From positions 1 to 47,233 of the forward strand of contig SLJK01000050.1 of assembly GCA_007135125.1 (NCBI GenBank): 47,233 bases of DNA, read 5' to 3'. The translations under genes and the position numbers were made by a program. The first letter of the stretch is position 1. Each line of letters begins with the position of its first letter. Of this stretch, positions 28,879 through 38,987 are shown piece by piece. Source of the stretch: Syntrophomonadaceae bacterium (GTDB lineage: Bacteria; Bacillota; Dethiobacteria; DTU022; UBA8154). The notes under the pieces were generated by a model. That model worked only from the letters and a program-made list of their open reading frames with translations. It did no database searches and was not told where the DNA came from.

Positions 28879-29946
28879 ATGTGGGAAAAATTAAAAGCCC
28901 TGGAGGAACGTTATGCTCAGCTGGAAGAGCAGTTAAGTGATCCAGAAGTTATAAAAGACCAGCAGCGATGGCAAAAATATACGCGAGAACATGCGGAACT
29001 TTCGGATATCATAGAAGCATTCCGCCATTTGCAAAGGGTGGAAAAGGAGCTTTCTGAAGCCCAAGAGATGCTGAAAGAAAAGCAGGAAGAAGAGATGGCG
29101 CTTTTCTTAAAAGAAGAGCTGGCAAGCCTGGAAGAGGAGAAAGAAAAGCTGGAGGAACAGCTTAGATTGCTTTTACTCCCACGAGATCCCAATGATGAAA
29201 AAGATGTAATTGTGGAGCTTCGTGCAGGCACAGGTGGAGAAGAAGCCGGTCTTTTTGTTGGTGATCTGCTGCGGATGTATTCACGTTTTGCGGAGAAAAA
29301 AAATTGGAAAATGGAATTACTGAACTCCCATCCCACGGATATAGGTGGTTTTAAAGAAATAGTTTTTTCTGTAAGTGGTAAGGGTGCCTACAGCCAACTG
29401 AAGTTTGAAAGCGGTGTCCACCGGGTGCAAAGAATTCCCAGCACCGAATCCGGAGGACGTATTCATACTTCTGCAGCTACAGTGGCCGTTTTACCCGAAG
29501 CAGAAGAAGTGGACCTGGAGATAGACCCCCAGGATCTTCGGCTCGATACGTTCTGTTCCACCGGACCCGGGGGGCAAAGTGTCAATACAACTCAATCTGC
29601 GGTGCGTATAACGCATCTTCCCACCAATACCGTGGTAAGCTGTCAGGATGAAAAGTCGCAACACAAAAACCGTGACAAAGCCATGAGAGTTTTAAGAGCG
29701 CGGTTGTTGGACCAAATGTTAACAGAACAACAGCAGGAACAAGCCCAGGAAAGGCGAAGCCAGGTTGGAAGTGGGGACCGCAGCGAAAGGATACGTACCT
29801 ATAACTTTCCCCAGAATAGGGTAACGGATCACCGTATCGGGTTAACTTTGCATAAACTGGACCAAATTTTGGAGGGAGAACTCCAGGCCATTATTGATGC
29901 CCTGGTAGCTTATGAGAGAGCGGAGCAGCTTAAGGCGGCTCAGTAA
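28879..29946 (+). CDS. prfA: Peptide chain release factor 1
   Basis: [15 protein letters not shown] (PxT), [12 protein letters not shown]; ATG 28879 with SD GGAGG. Confidence 0.97.
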   Translation: MWEKLKALEERYAQLEEQLSDPEVIKDQQRWQKYTREHAELSDIIEAFRHLQRVEKELSEAQEMLKEKQEEEMALFLKEELASLEEEKEKLEEQLRLLLLPRDPNDEKDVIVELRAGTGGEEAGLFVGDLLRMYSRFAEKKNWKMELLNSHPTDIGGFKEIVFSVSGKGAYSQLKFESGVHRVQRIPSTESGGRIHTSAATVAVLPEAEEVDLEIDPQDLRLDTFCSTGPGGQSVNTTQSAVRITHLPTNTVVSCQDEKSQHKNRDKAMRVLRARLLDQMLTEQQQEQAQERRSQVGSGDRSERIRTYNFPQNRVTDHRIGLTLHKLDQILEGELQAIIDALVAYERAEQLKAAQ

Positions 29947-29997
29947 TTTCTTCAAAAGAAAGCATTATAAATATTCTGCAGGAAAGCACTGAAAAAC

Positions 29998-30888
29998 ATG
30001 ACACCAAAGCGCATAAAGCTTAGTATAAAAGAGGCCTTGTTAGAGGCCACTTCTTTTTTGAGACTCCGAGATGTGGATCATCCCCGTGGCGAGGCTGAAT
30101 TTATCCTGGCTTTTTCCCTTAAGCAGGATAGAATTTATCTTTACTCCAACAGTGAGAGAATGCTCTCCACGTCGCAGGTGGAAAACTTCAGAAATCTTGT
30201 CCAGCGCAGAGCTAAAGGTGAGCCTCTGGCCTATATAACAGGAAAAAAGGAATTTATGGGTCTCACTTTCCAGGTGAATGAAAATGTACTTATTCCGAGA
30301 CCGGAAACTGAACACCTGGTGGAGGCAGTACTTGAATGGCTGGACTTTTACTACCCGAAAAGTGCTACAGAAGGGGAAATCAGGATCCTGGACTTGGGAA
30401 CCGGGTGTGGCAATATTGCACTTTCTTTGGCTTATTACCGGAAGGATGTTTATATTATAGGAGTAGATATTGAGAGTGAAGCAATTCGGTTGGCCTGGAA
30501 GAATGCTTCTTCCCTGGAGATTGAGAAACGAGCAAAATTTATGCATGGTGACTATGCGGATGCACTTCCCACGGGCAGCAACTTTCAGGTGATTGTCTCC
30601 AATCCCCCCTATATTCAACGGGGTGAACTGCCTTTTTTGCCTCCGGAGATTAGGCACGAACCATTACGGGCTCTTGACGGAGGGCCGGATGGTTTAAGGG
30701 ATTATAAGACAATCATGCAGCTGGCCCATTCGCGCCTGTTAAAACCAGGACTTCTGGCCCTGGAGGTCGGAGAAGGACAGGGAAGAGCAATTTTAGAGCT
30801 GGGAGACAGATGGGGTTTTATAAGCGTGGGGATAAAAAAAGATTATGCAGAACACCAGCGTGTTTTTCTCTTTAGCAGTCCCACTTAA
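29998..30888 (+). CDS. prmC: Release factor glutamine methyltransferase
   Basis: [36 protein letters not shown]. Confidence 0.95.
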   Translation: MTPKRIKLSIKEALLEATSFLRLRDVDHPRGEAEFILAFSLKQDRIYLYSNSERMLSTSQVENFRNLVQRRAKGEPLAYITGKKEFMGLTFQVNENVLIPRPETEHLVEAVLEWLDFYYPKSATEGEIRILDLGTGCGNIALSLAYYRKDVYIIGVDIESEAIRLAWKNASSLEIEKRAKFMHGDYADALPTGSNFQVIVSNPPYIQRGELPFLPPEIRHEPLRALDGGPDGLRDYKTIMQLAHSRLLKPGLLALEVGEGQGRAILELGDRWGFISVGIKKDYAEHQRVFLFSSPT

Positions 30889-31298
30889 ATGTTTTTTCCG
30901 GTAGAGGTAATGGTAAGCCTGCCGTGCTTCACTCCTTTGACACTGATCAGGCGTTCGGCAATGCTGCGGACTTCTCCGGCGATTCCTTTTACCGCCAACA
31001 CTTCCAGGCAGTTATGGTGATCCAGGTGGAAGTGCATGGTGGAAAGGATCAGATGGTGATAGCCGTGTTGAAGCTCAATGAGTTGTTCGTTTAAACCCTT
31101 TACATGATGATCGTAGACGAGGGTTACTGTGCCAGCTACTTCTTCTTCTTTTTCCCATTCCAGTTCAACCAGCTGGTTTCGTATCAGATCGCGGATTGCT
31201 TCAGAGCGATTATTATACCCCTTAACCAAAATTAGCCTGTCAAATCTTTCCAGTAGATCTTCGTTGATGGAAACCCCGAAACGGATCAAGTCCGACAT
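30885..31298 (-). CDS. nikR: Nickel-responsive regulator NikR
   Basis: RFGVS ribbon, [17 protein letters not shown]...[11 protein letters not shown]; ATG 31298 with SD GAGGAGG. Confidence 0.95.
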   Translation of the reverse strand: MSDLIRFGVSINEDLLERFDRLILVKGYNNRSEAIRDLIRNQLVELEWEKEEEVAGTVTLVYDHHVKGLNEQLIELQHGYHHLILSTMHFHLDHHNCLEVLAVKGIAGEVRSIAERLISVKGVKHGRLTITSTGKNI

Positions 31299-31326
31299 AT
31301 TTTGCCTCCTCATTTTTATATTTCTC

Positions 31327-31335
31327 ATTATAGCA
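31327..31335 (-). promoter_or_regulatory. Extended -10 for nikR
   Basis: Minus strand TGCTATAAT; overlaps the ORF-track start, supporting the downstream ATG at 31298. Confidence 0.55.
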
Positions 31336-31423
31336 TATTAGTTCTTAAAGCAATCATACTATTTTTTGGTGACTTTTTTTGTGGCAGCAGCAGCAGGGAT
31401 TGCTTTCTTGCAGTGCAAAGGTA

Positions 31424-31432
31424 TGTTATAAT
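31424..31432 (+). promoter_or_regulatory. Extended -10 for fur
   Basis: TGTTATAAT about 80 nt upstream of the ATG; divergent from the nikR promoter. Confidence 0.5.
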
Positions 31433-31510
31433 ATTGAAAAAGTATTTTTAACCTGTATGTGATTTGTTTCACTATCAGTTGAACCCTTTTTTGATGGGTG
31501 GTGACCGGCA

Positions 31511-31957
31511 ATGGAGAAAAAAATACGCGAGTTGGAAAACCAGTTCAAAGAATACCGCATGACACCACAGCGAAGAATTGTTTTGGAGATATTACTGGAA
31601 AATATAGATAGACATCTTAGCGCGGAAGAAGTTTTTCAGATAAGCAGGGGGAAGGGTCTAGAAATTGGCATGGCTACCATTTATAGGACACTGGAACTGT
31701 TAGAAGATCTGGGCATATCACAAAAGTTAAATTTTGGAGACGGACGTGGCAGATACGAATTGGTTCAAAATAATTTAAGCGAACATCACCACCATCACCT
31801 GTTATGTCTTAATTGTGAACGTATTATTGAGGTTGAGGAAGATCTGCTGCACCAACTAGAAGAAGTGGTTAGAGAAAAACATAATTTTGAAGTCGTAAAT
31901 CACAACCTGCAATTTTTTGGATACTGCAGCTCTTGTCAGCAGAAGAGCCAGGAGTAA
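31511..31957 (+). CDS. fur: Fur-family metalloregulator
   Basis: TPQR, HLSAEE, ATIYRTL, HHHHHLLCLNC, GYCSSC; metal specificity not determinable. Confidence 0.9.
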   Translation: MEKKIRELENQFKEYRMTPQRRIVLEILLENIDRHLSAEEVFQISRGKGLEIGMATIYRTLELLEDLGISQKLNFGDGRGRYELVQNNLSEHHHHHLLCLNCERIIEVEEDLLHQLEEVVREKHNFEVVNHNLQFFGYCSSCQQKSQE

Positions 31958-32055
31958 CAAGAAGGAAAAGCGTATGCAAGTGATGGGGTTTTGGCAGTAG
32001 ATAATTATTCGTATGTTTCGGAAAATTAGGATAAATGTCTGAAAGGAGATGCGTG

Positions 32056-32844
32056 ATGGATTCTCTACATGAAAAGGAAAGGCACCTGGAGAGAAAACTG
32101 GAAGAAATGGAGGATGTGTTGGTTGCTTTTTCAGGTGGTGTAGATAGCACCTATCTTCTTTTCAAAACGAAGGAAAGGGCTAAGGGCAGAGTTGTTGCTG
32201 TTACTGCTATATCACCACTGCATCCCTTACAAGAAATAGAAGCAGCGAAAACCAGGGCAAAGGAAGTGGGCGTTGAACATATTCTCCTGGAGAGCAAAGA
32301 ATTGGAAAGCGTAGAGTTTAGGGCCAACCCTCCCCACAGGTGTTATCTTTGTCGCAGGATTGTTTACGGTGATTTTAAAGAACTGGGGGATAAAAAAGGG
32401 TTGCAGCATGTGCTGGTTGGCAATAATCGTGATGATGAGGAAAAGGCGCGACCGGGGATGAGGGCTGCCGTGGAGTATGATATACATTCCCCTCTTCAAG
32501 AAGCTGGATTAAGGAAGAACGACATCCGCCAGCTTTCAATGCAAGCAGGATTGTCAACACATGATAAACCTGCTTTGCCCTGCCTGGTTACACGTTTTCG
32601 TTATGGCGAGCAGCTTACCCTACCCAAGTTGGAGCAGGTAGAACGCTCTGAAGAGTACCTGCATTTATTGGGGTTCAAAAAACTGCGGGTGCGCTACCAT
32701 GGTGAAATTGCCAGGATTGAGCTGGAAAGTTCTATGATGGAAAAAGCGATAGAGATGAGAAAAGAAATTGGAACAGTGCTTCAAAAACTGGGTTTTACCT
32801 ATGTTACTCTTGATCTTACCTCTGACCTGACAGGGAAAGAATAA
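32056..32844 (+). CDS. larE: LarE-family ATP-dependent sulfur insertase (NPN cofactor)
   Basis: PP-loop VAFSGGVDS, NP..RCY.C, RPG, DKP..PCL.TR, RVR.HG..ARIE, GF.YVTLDL. Confidence 0.9.
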   Translation: MDSLHEKERHLERKLEEMEDVLVAFSGGVDSTYLLFKTKERAKGRVVAVTAISPLHPLQEIEAAKTRAKEVGVEHILLESKELESVEFRANPPHRCYLCRRIVYGDFKELGDKKGLQHVLVGNNRDDEEKARPGMRAAVEYDIHSPLQEAGLRKNDIRQLSMQAGLSTHDKPALPCLVTRFRYGEQLTLPKLEQVERSEEYLHLLGFKKLRVRYHGEIARIELESSMMEKAIEMRKEIGTVLQKLGFTYVTLDLTSDLTGKE

Positions 32845-32854
32845 CAGGGACTTC

Positions 32855-34075
32855 CTAAGATATCGAGCTTAACATCCTCCAAATGGAGCTGTAAACTCTT
32901 TTCAAGGGGATTCCCTCTTTTTTGGCGATTTGCAGGCAGTCGATATATTCAGGAGCAATATTGTGGTAAGGAGGCGCAGAACCTGCTATTTTTACTCTTA
33001 CTTTCCCCCAGGGGGTTTTAAGAACCTTTACCCTTCTGGGCAGCATTATTTTTTCGGCGCTGTAACGGCGGTAGCCCAGGGTTGTTGTTTCTTGCAGAAG
33101 GATAGCCCCCATTTCCCAGGCTTTGTGAGGGGAAGAAAGAATGGTCACTTTCACGGCGGGCCTGTTTTTTTTCATCTGTACTGGAGTAAAAAAAACATCC
33201 AGGGCTCCAGCTTCAAAAAGGCGCTCCATAAGGTAGTCATATATTTCCGGGTTAAGATCGTCGATGTTAGCCTCCAAGATTTCTACCTGTTCTGTCAATA
33301 AAGTGTTTTTAGCGGGCTGCATATTTTCCCGGGCCTGCTTTTCGAGAGTGTTGGTGGTAGTTTCACCAATAAAGGCCCTGAGCAGGTTGGGATATGAAAA
33401 ATTTTTTAGGCCGGCGCCATAGCCGGTTTTTTTTATGATAAGGGGGGGCAGCGGAGAAAAAGAGGAACAAAAAACACCCAGTATTGCTGCACCGGTGGGG
33501 GTGACGGTTTCTCCTTTAAAGGGGAGCCCGTGACACGGTATGCGGTGTTGACGTAGAATTTCCATTGTAGCAGGAGCCGGGAGGGGAATGGTACCATGAT
33601 CTGTCTTTATATATCCTTTTCCCAGAGGGAGTTCCGACCCCCATATTTCATCTATGTTTAGCATATTCAGGGCAATGGCGCTTCCCATAATGTCTACAAT
33701 GGAATCCACTGCGCCTATTTCATGGAAATGAACCTCTGCTTTGTTAACCCCGTGTATTTTTGCTTCTGCCTGTGCCAGGGTTTCAAAAATGAGCATTCCT
33801 GTATTTTTTATGGATGAGGAAAGAGAAGAAGAGCTTATTAGTTCTTTGACCTGTGCAAAATTGCGGAATGGTTGTTTTTCAAAAACCTCAACTTTGACCT
33901 GCAAGGCTCGCATTCCTTTTTTGCTGACCCGGCTTGTTTTAAAAGTGTATCCGCTGAGGGGAAGCAGTGACAGCTGTTCTTGGAAATCTTCCCGGGGAAT
34001 TCCGCAATCCAGTAAAGCCCCCAGAATCATGTCTCCGGCAGCTCCTGCAGAGCAATCCAGGTATAGTACCCGCAT
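32855..34075 (-). CDS. larC: Nickel insertion protein LarC
   Basis: G.AGDM.LGAL, AEAKIHG, HFHEIGAVDSIVD, TPTGAA, EANIDD, MKKNRP, ETTTLG.R. Confidence 0.92.
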   Translation of the reverse strand: MRVLYLDCSAGAAGDMILGALLDCGIPREDFQEQLSLLPLSGYTFKTSRVSKKGMRALQVKVEVFEKQPFRNFAQVKELISSSSLSSSIKNTGMLIFETLAQAEAKIHGVNKAEVHFHEIGAVDSIVDIMGSAIALNMLNIDEIWGSELPLGKGYIKTDHGTIPLPAPATMEILRQHRIPCHGLPFKGETVTPTGAAILGVFCSSFSPLPPLIIKKTGYGAGLKNFSYPNLLRAFIGETTTNTLEKQARENMQPAKNTLLTEQVEILEANIDDLNPEIYDYLMERLFEAGALDVFFTPVQMKKNRPAVKVTILSSPHKAWEMGAILLQETTTLGYRRYSAEKIMLPRRVKVLKTPWGKVRVKIAGSAPPYHNIAPEYIDCLQIAKKEGIPLKRVYSSIWRMLSSIS

Positions 34076-34096
34076 GTTCTTTAGTTCCTTTCCTTT

Positions 34097-34855
34097 TCAA
34101 TTAGTATGCTTGTCCCGGTTGATTAAAGAGGCCGAGTAACCTGCGCCGAAACCGTTATCTATATTGACTACGGATACCCCCGGTGCGCAGCTGTTCAGCA
34201 TGGTCAACAGGGAGGAAAGGCCTCCAAAGCTGGCTCCATAACCAACACTGGTTGGCACAGCTATTACAGGACAATCTACCAGGCCACCTACTACACTTGG
34301 CAGGGCACCATCCATGCCGGCTGTAACAATAATAACCCGGGCCTGGTGTAACCTGGTGTTATTGTCCAGCAGGCGGTGAAGACCGGCTACCCCGACATCA
34401 TAAAGTTTTTCTACTTTATTGCCCATTAATTCCGCGGTTATAAAGGCTTCTTCTGCTACGGCTTGATCAGAGGTCCCTGCTGAGATAACCAGAATACGAC
34501 CTTTCCCATACACATTATCATCGCGCTTTATAGAAATTGTTCGGGACAATTGATGGTAAATTGCTTCAGGGAAGAGTGATTGGATATCGGCAAATACTTC
34601 CGGCTCGGCCCTGGTGGCCAGGATATTGCCGGGAAAAGTTTTTAGGCACGCGATGATCTCCCGCACCTGTTGCGAGGTTTTTCCCTGGCAGAATACAACT
34701 TCCGGGAAGCCCTGTCGCAAGGGACGGTGATGATCTATTTTGGCAAATCCCAGATCTTCATAGGGAAAACACCGCAGTCGTTCCAGCGCTTCTTCAAGGG
34801 TCATCTTGCTTTGCTGCAATTCTTCCAGAATATGGCGAAGCGAATGGTGGTTCAA
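34097..34855 (-). CDS. larB: NPN cofactor carboxylase/hydrolase LarB
   Basis: DHHR..RQGFPEV, AGTSD, DVGVAGLHRL, AGMDGALPS, PTSVGYG, MLNSCAPG, VNIDNGFGA; TTG 34855 with SD GGGAGG. Confidence 0.93.
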   Translation of the reverse strand: MNHHSLRHILEELQQSKMTLEEALERLRCFPYEDLGFAKIDHHRPLRQGFPEVVFCQGKTSQQVREIIACLKTFPGNILATRAEPEVFADIQSLFPEAIYHQLSRTISIKRDDNVYGKGRILVISAGTSDQAVAEEAFITAELMGNKVEKLYDVGVAGLHRLLDNNTRLHQARVIIVTAGMDGALPSVVGGLVDCPVIAVPTSVGYGASFGGLSSLLTMLNSCAPGVSVVNIDNGFGAGYSASLINRDKHTN

Positions 34856-34900
34856 GGAGAAAACCTCCCGCAAAAGAGATGGTCAGCAAAAACTCTTCTT

Positions 34901-34909
34901 ATTATACCA
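34901..34909 (-). promoter_or_regulatory. Extended -10 for larBC
   Basis: Minus strand TGGTATAAT about 45 nt upstream of the larB start. Confidence 0.5.
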
Positions 34910-35096
34910 TTTACAGGGGTAATGATAAAGATATCAGTTTCTGAAAGGTATAATGGAAGGGGATGAGTTGTCATGGTGCATAGTCTAAGAAAGTGAGTAT
35001 ACAGGAGCTTTGCCAAAAGCGTTGTGTTATAATATTATATGCAGGTGTTGTTTGTGCTAAACCCAACCTGATAAACGGGTGGAGGTGTATCTTGTA

Positions 35097-36170
35097 GTGA
35101 ATTGGACCAGGGGGAAAAACACCTTACTGCTTGCTGCCCAGGAACACGATAATTGGGATAATGCCCTTTCCCTGGCAGCTTCTATTTTAAAAAGAGGCGG
35201 CCTGGTAGCTTTTCCTACAGAAACCGTTTATGGGTTGGGAGCTGATGCTTTGAATGAAACAGCGGTGCGGAAGATTTATGAGGTAAAAGGGCGTCCTCCA
35301 GATAACCCACTCATCGTGCACGTGGCCGCAGCAGAAATGATTGAACAACTGGCATTAACTATCCCGGAAGAAGTATACATACTCGGGGAAAAGTTTTGGC
35401 CAGGACCTTTGACCGTGGTGCTTCCCAAAAAAGCCCGGGTTCCTGATATTACTACCGGCGGGATATCCTCTGTTGCAGTGCGCTTTCCTGCTCATCCCCT
35501 TGCACAACGTTTGCTAAGCATTACCGGAATACCTCTGGCCGCTCCCAGTGCCAATATTTCAGGACGTCCCAGCCCTACTACTGCTGAACATGTTATGCAT
35601 GATTTGGCCGGCCGTATCGAGGCAGTACTTGACGGGGGAGATTGCGCTGTGGGTGTTGAATCAACAGTGCTCAGCCTACTCTCCGAGCCGCCGACAATTC
35701 TGCGTCCTGGAGGAATAACTCTGGAAATGCTGCAGGAGGCTTTGGGCAAGGAAATACTTGATTTAACTGTGGATAGCGCAGGAGAAACCTTTAAAAGCGT
35801 CCCGCTTTCTCCCGGTATGAAATACCGACATTACGCTACTAATGCACCTTTATACTTGGTCGAAGGGGAGGAAGAGGCAAGATGGAGGCAGATGACGGTT
35901 TTAGCAGAACATTTTAGCAAACTGGGTAGTCGAGTAGGACTGCTTATTTTCAAGGAAAGCGTGAATTCTTTGGAGGCTCCTTTTGTTGAAATACTGGGCT
36001 CCAGGCGGGAGCATTCAGAGGTGGCCAGGAGGCTTTTTGATGCTCTGCGAAAGCTGGATGCCATGGAGGTTGACGTAATTATTGCTGAAGGCTTGGAAGA
36101 TATTGATATGGGAAAAGCTGTTATGAATCGTCTTCGCAAGGCTTCCACATATATTTTAAAAGCGGAATAA
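35097..36170 (+). CDS. tsaC: L-threonylcarbamoyladenylate synthase (Sua5/TsaC2)
   Basis: FPTETVYGLG, KGRP.DNPLI.H, APSAN.SG.PS, GVEST, SPGMKY.HY, A.MNRL.KA; GTG 35097 after SD GGAGGTG. Confidence 0.95.
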   Translation: MNWTRGKNTLLLAAQEHDNWDNALSLAASILKRGGLVAFPTETVYGLGADALNETAVRKIYEVKGRPPDNPLIVHVAAAEMIEQLALTIPEEVYILGEKFWPGPLTVVLPKKARVPDITTGGISSVAVRFPAHPLAQRLLSITGIPLAAPSANISGRPSPTTAEHVMHDLAGRIEAVLDGGDCAVGVESTVLSLLSEPPTILRPGGITLEMLQEALGKEILDLTVDSAGETFKSVPLSPGMKYRHYATNAPLYLVEGEEEARWRQMTVLAEHFSKLGSRVGLLIFKESVNSLEAPFVEILGSRREHSEVARRLFDALRKLDAMEVDVIIAEGLEDIDMGKAVMNRLRKASTYILKAE

Positions 36171-36266
36171 GGCAATTATTATATCTTATTGCAGATTAAT
36201 AAAATAAGAAGGAAAAAACAGGGTATAAAGAGAAGAATAAAGTATTAAAGAAAAGGGGTTGAAGGC

Positions 36267-36707
36267 TTGAAAGTTGTTTTGGCAGCAGACCATGCCGGAT
36301 TATCTTTAAAAGAAGCCTTAATAAAACATCTTTCAGAGAAGAAGGTAGCCTATGAAGATTTTGGCACTTATACTGAAAAAGCGGTAGACTACCCTGATCT
36401 GGCCCATAAAGCAGCTCTTGCTGTAAAAAGAGGAGAGTTCCAAAAAGGTATTCTCATTTGCGGTACAGGAATAGGAATGGCAATAGCCGCAAATAAAGTG
36501 AGCGGTATCAGGGCCGCTCAGTGCGGCGATTGTTTTTCTGCTTATGCTGCCAGGGCTCATAATGATGCCCATATTCTGACCTTGGGGGGCAGGGTTATTG
36601 GTGAGGGGCTGGCCCTGGCTATTGTGGATTATTTTTTGGATACCCCTTTTGAAGGCGGAAGACATGTGGCCAGATTGGAGAAGATATCTTTACTGGAAGA
36701 AAAATAA
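36267..36707 (+). CDS. rpiB: Ribose-5-phosphate isomerase B
   Basis: DHAG, DYPD, CGTGIG, ANK..GIRA, HNDA, FEGGRH. Confidence 0.95.
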   Translation: MKVVLAADHAGLSLKEALIKHLSEKKVAYEDFGTYTEKAVDYPDLAHKAALAVKRGEFQKGILICGTGIGMAIAANKVSGIRAAQCGDCFSAYAARAHNDAHILTLGGRVIGEGLALAIVDYFLDTPFEGGRHVARLEKISLLEEK

Positions 36708-36761
36708 TTTACTCAGAAAGGGGGAAGGGCCTGGTCAGGATTTTTATGGCCAGGCACACAA

Positions 36762-38027
36762 ATGCCTGTAGAAGAAAACAGTAATAGCTTACAATTGTTT
36801 GATCCTCAGATTGCCAAAGCTATTGAAGATGAAAAACGCAGACAGCAGGATAAGCTGATATTGATCGCTTCCGAAAATTGTGTTAGCAATGCTGTTCTGC
36901 AAGCTCAGGGTTCTATCCTTACTAACAAATATGCGGAAGGTTATCCCGGTCAGAGGTATTATGGGGGATGTGAATACGTTGATACTATCGAGGAATTGGC
37001 CAGGATAAGAGCTACAGACCTTTTTGGGGTAGACCATGCCAATGTGCAGCCTCATGCAGGGGCCCTTGCAAATTTAGCTGTATACGTTGCAGTCCTGCAG
37101 ACCGGGGACTCGGTACTGGGCATGGATAGGGCACACGGAGGGCACTTAACCCATGGCAGCCCTGTCAATATTTCCGGGATGTATTATAATTTTTACAGCT
37201 ATGGTGTAGATCCGGATAGCGGTTATTTAGATATGGAAGAGGTAAGGCGGATGGCCAAAAAGGTTTCGCCGCGCCTTATCGTAGCCGGTGCCAGTGCTTA
37301 TTCACGCGAAATTGATTTTTCTGCTTTTCATGATATTGCTCGCGAGGTAGGAGCATATCTAATGGTTGATATGGCTCATATTGCCGGGTTGATAGCAGCC
37401 GGCCTGCATTCCAATCCCGCCCCTTTTGCCGATTTTATTACCAGCACCACTCATAAAACCCTTCGTGGACCAAGGGGAGGACTGATCCTGTGTCGTCAGC
37501 AATTTGCCCGTGCTATAGACAAAGCTGTTTTCCCGGGCATACAGGGAGGACCGCTTATGCATATAGTGGCGGCCAAAGCAGTTGCTTTCAAAGAAGCAGA
37601 TACTGAGGAATTTCGTCTTTACCAGGAACAGGTCCTCAAGAATTCCAGAGCACTGGCTAAAGAAATGATAGAAATGGGATTTGAACTGCTCACCGGAGGC
37701 ACTGATAATCACCTTATCCTGGTAGACCTGCGCAGTAAAAACATTAGTGGGCAGGAAGCTGAAAGCTTGCTGGATGAAGTAGGCATAACGGTAAACAAAA
37801 ATGCTGTACCATTTGATGAGGAAAGTGCCCTGGTTACCAGCGGGATTCGTTTGGGCACCCCCTCTGTGACCTCCCGGGGCATGAAGGAAAAAGAGATGGA
37901 AACTATTGCCCAGCTTATCAATGATACTTTGGAGTCCCGCCAGGATCCCCTGGCCATTTCTAAAATAAAGCGCACTGTACGGGAAATGTGTGCGGATCAT
38001 CCCCTCTATCAGGATATTATTTCTTAA
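36762..38027 (+). CDS. glyA: Serine hydroxymethyltransferase
   Basis: [48 protein letters not shown]. Confidence 0.98.
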   Translation: MPVEENSNSLQLFDPQIAKAIEDEKRRQQDKLILIASENCVSNAVLQAQGSILTNKYAEGYPGQRYYGGCEYVDTIEELARIRATDLFGVDHANVQPHAGALANLAVYVAVLQTGDSVLGMDRAHGGHLTHGSPVNISGMYYNFYSYGVDPDSGYLDMEEVRRMAKKVSPRLIVAGASAYSREIDFSAFHDIAREVGAYLMVDMAHIAGLIAAGLHSNPAPFADFITSTTHKTLRGPRGGLILCRQQFARAIDKAVFPGIQGGPLMHIVAAKAVAFKEADTEEFRLYQEQVLKNSRALAKEMIEMGFELLTGGTDNHLILVDLRSKNISGQEAESLLDEVGITVNKNAVPFDEESALVTSGIRLGTPSVTSRGMKEKEMETIAQLINDTLESRQDPLAISKIKRTVREMCADHPLYQDIIS

Positions 38028-38051
38028 TGTTTGTTAAGGAGAGAAAAGTGC

Positions 38052-38501
38052 TTGAGACCTTCCTGGGATAGTTATTTTTTAGAGATTTCCTCGGTTGTAG
38101 CCAATCGCTCTACCTGCCTGCGGAGAAAGGTGGGTGCTGTTTTGGTGAGGGATAAACGCTTGCTTACAACCGGATACAACGGGGCACCATCTTTTTTAAA
38201 GCACTGCCAGGAAATTGGATGTCTGCGCGAGGAGCAAAACATCCCTTCGGGGCAGCGCCATGAACTGTGTCGTGGGCTACACGCGGAGCAAAATGCTATT
38301 ATACAGGGAGCACTGCACGGGGTATCCATAAAAGGGGCCGATTTGTACTGCACTCATCATCCCTGCTCTTTATGTGCCAAAATGCTGGTTAACGCCGGCC
38401 TGGAAAAAGTTGTTTTAAAGGAAAGCTATCCTGACCATCTTGCTCAGGAAATATTTAAGGAAGCAGGGGTGCAGGTGATCAGCTTGCCAGGCTCAGTTTA
38501 A
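38052..38501 (+). CDS. dCMP deaminase / ComEB-like
   Basis: RPSWD.YF, RSTC.RR.VG, TGYNG, HAEQNA, PC.LC; TTG 38052 with SD AAGGAG. Confidence 0.9.
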   Translation: MRPSWDSYFLEISSVVANRSTCLRRKVGAVLVRDKRLLTTGYNGAPSFLKHCQEIGCLREEQNIPSGQRHELCRGLHAEQNAIIQGALHGVSIKGADLYCTHHPCSLCAKMLVNAGLEKVVLKESYPDHLAQEIFKEAGVQVISLPGSV

Positions 38502-38760
38502 ACAGCTTTTTTTGCTTCTGTAACCCCTTTTGCAGCGGTGAGTGGTCTGCTATTATCTAGGGGCTAAGCAGAAGAGACATCTCCGTTAGCGAAGCATCTG
38601 TCATTGCAGCCACCCGTGCTCTCATAAAAGATTTTAAGCTTTAAGCTTTAAAATTTAGTATTAATTTGAAGAATAAATTTTTGAGAAAAAAAGGATTTTG
38701 CAGAAGCCTATCGAAAAGTTAGCAAGGTGGCAAAGCAGTGATTTGCAAATGGGTGATCTC

Positions 38761-38970
38761 TTGAGTGTATTCAGGTGGAAAGATTTGCAATCCCTGGCAC
38801 TGGTAGGGCAACTGGGTCTGGTTATTATCGGCCCGGCACTGGTAGGTATTTGGCTGGGGAGCTTTCTGGCAAATTATGTAGGTCATGCGCTAGTTTTGGT
38901 GGTAGTAGGTATGCTGTTGGGGCTTATCGGCGGGGCCATGCGCGCTTATAAGATACTGATGAAGAAGTAA
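38761..38970 (+). CDS. AtpZ/AtpI-family small membrane protein
   Basis: Two TM helices (GQLG...G.WLG...G.LLG..GG), first gene of the atp operon; start uncertain (38698-38761). Confidence 0.7.
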   Translation: MSVFRWKDLQSLALVGQLGLVIIGPALVGIWLGSFLANYVGHALVLVVVGMLLGLIGGAMRAYKILMKK

Positions 38971-38987
38971 AGGGGCAGGGATTAGGA

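Noticed and set aside
31342-31353. TTGCTTTAAGAA shared between the nikR (minus strand) and rpsF (2009-2020) upstream regions
   Set aside because: Chance 12-mer matches are expected in 47 kb, and the spacing to the -10 differs (15 vs 17).
31330-31450. NikR operator or Fur box in the nikR-fur spacer
   Set aside because: Only one TCATAC half-site, and TTGAAAAAGTATTTTTAA does not fit 7-1-7 spacing.
34945-34996. TATAAT, SD-like AAGGGG and tiny ORF MVHSLRK upstream of sua5
   Set aside because: Too short to support; no similarity recognised.
38522-38560. NPFCSGEWSAII* as a wecB C-terminal remnant (NPYGDG.AS..I)
   Set aside because: Only 12 residues with partial identity; compatible with chance.
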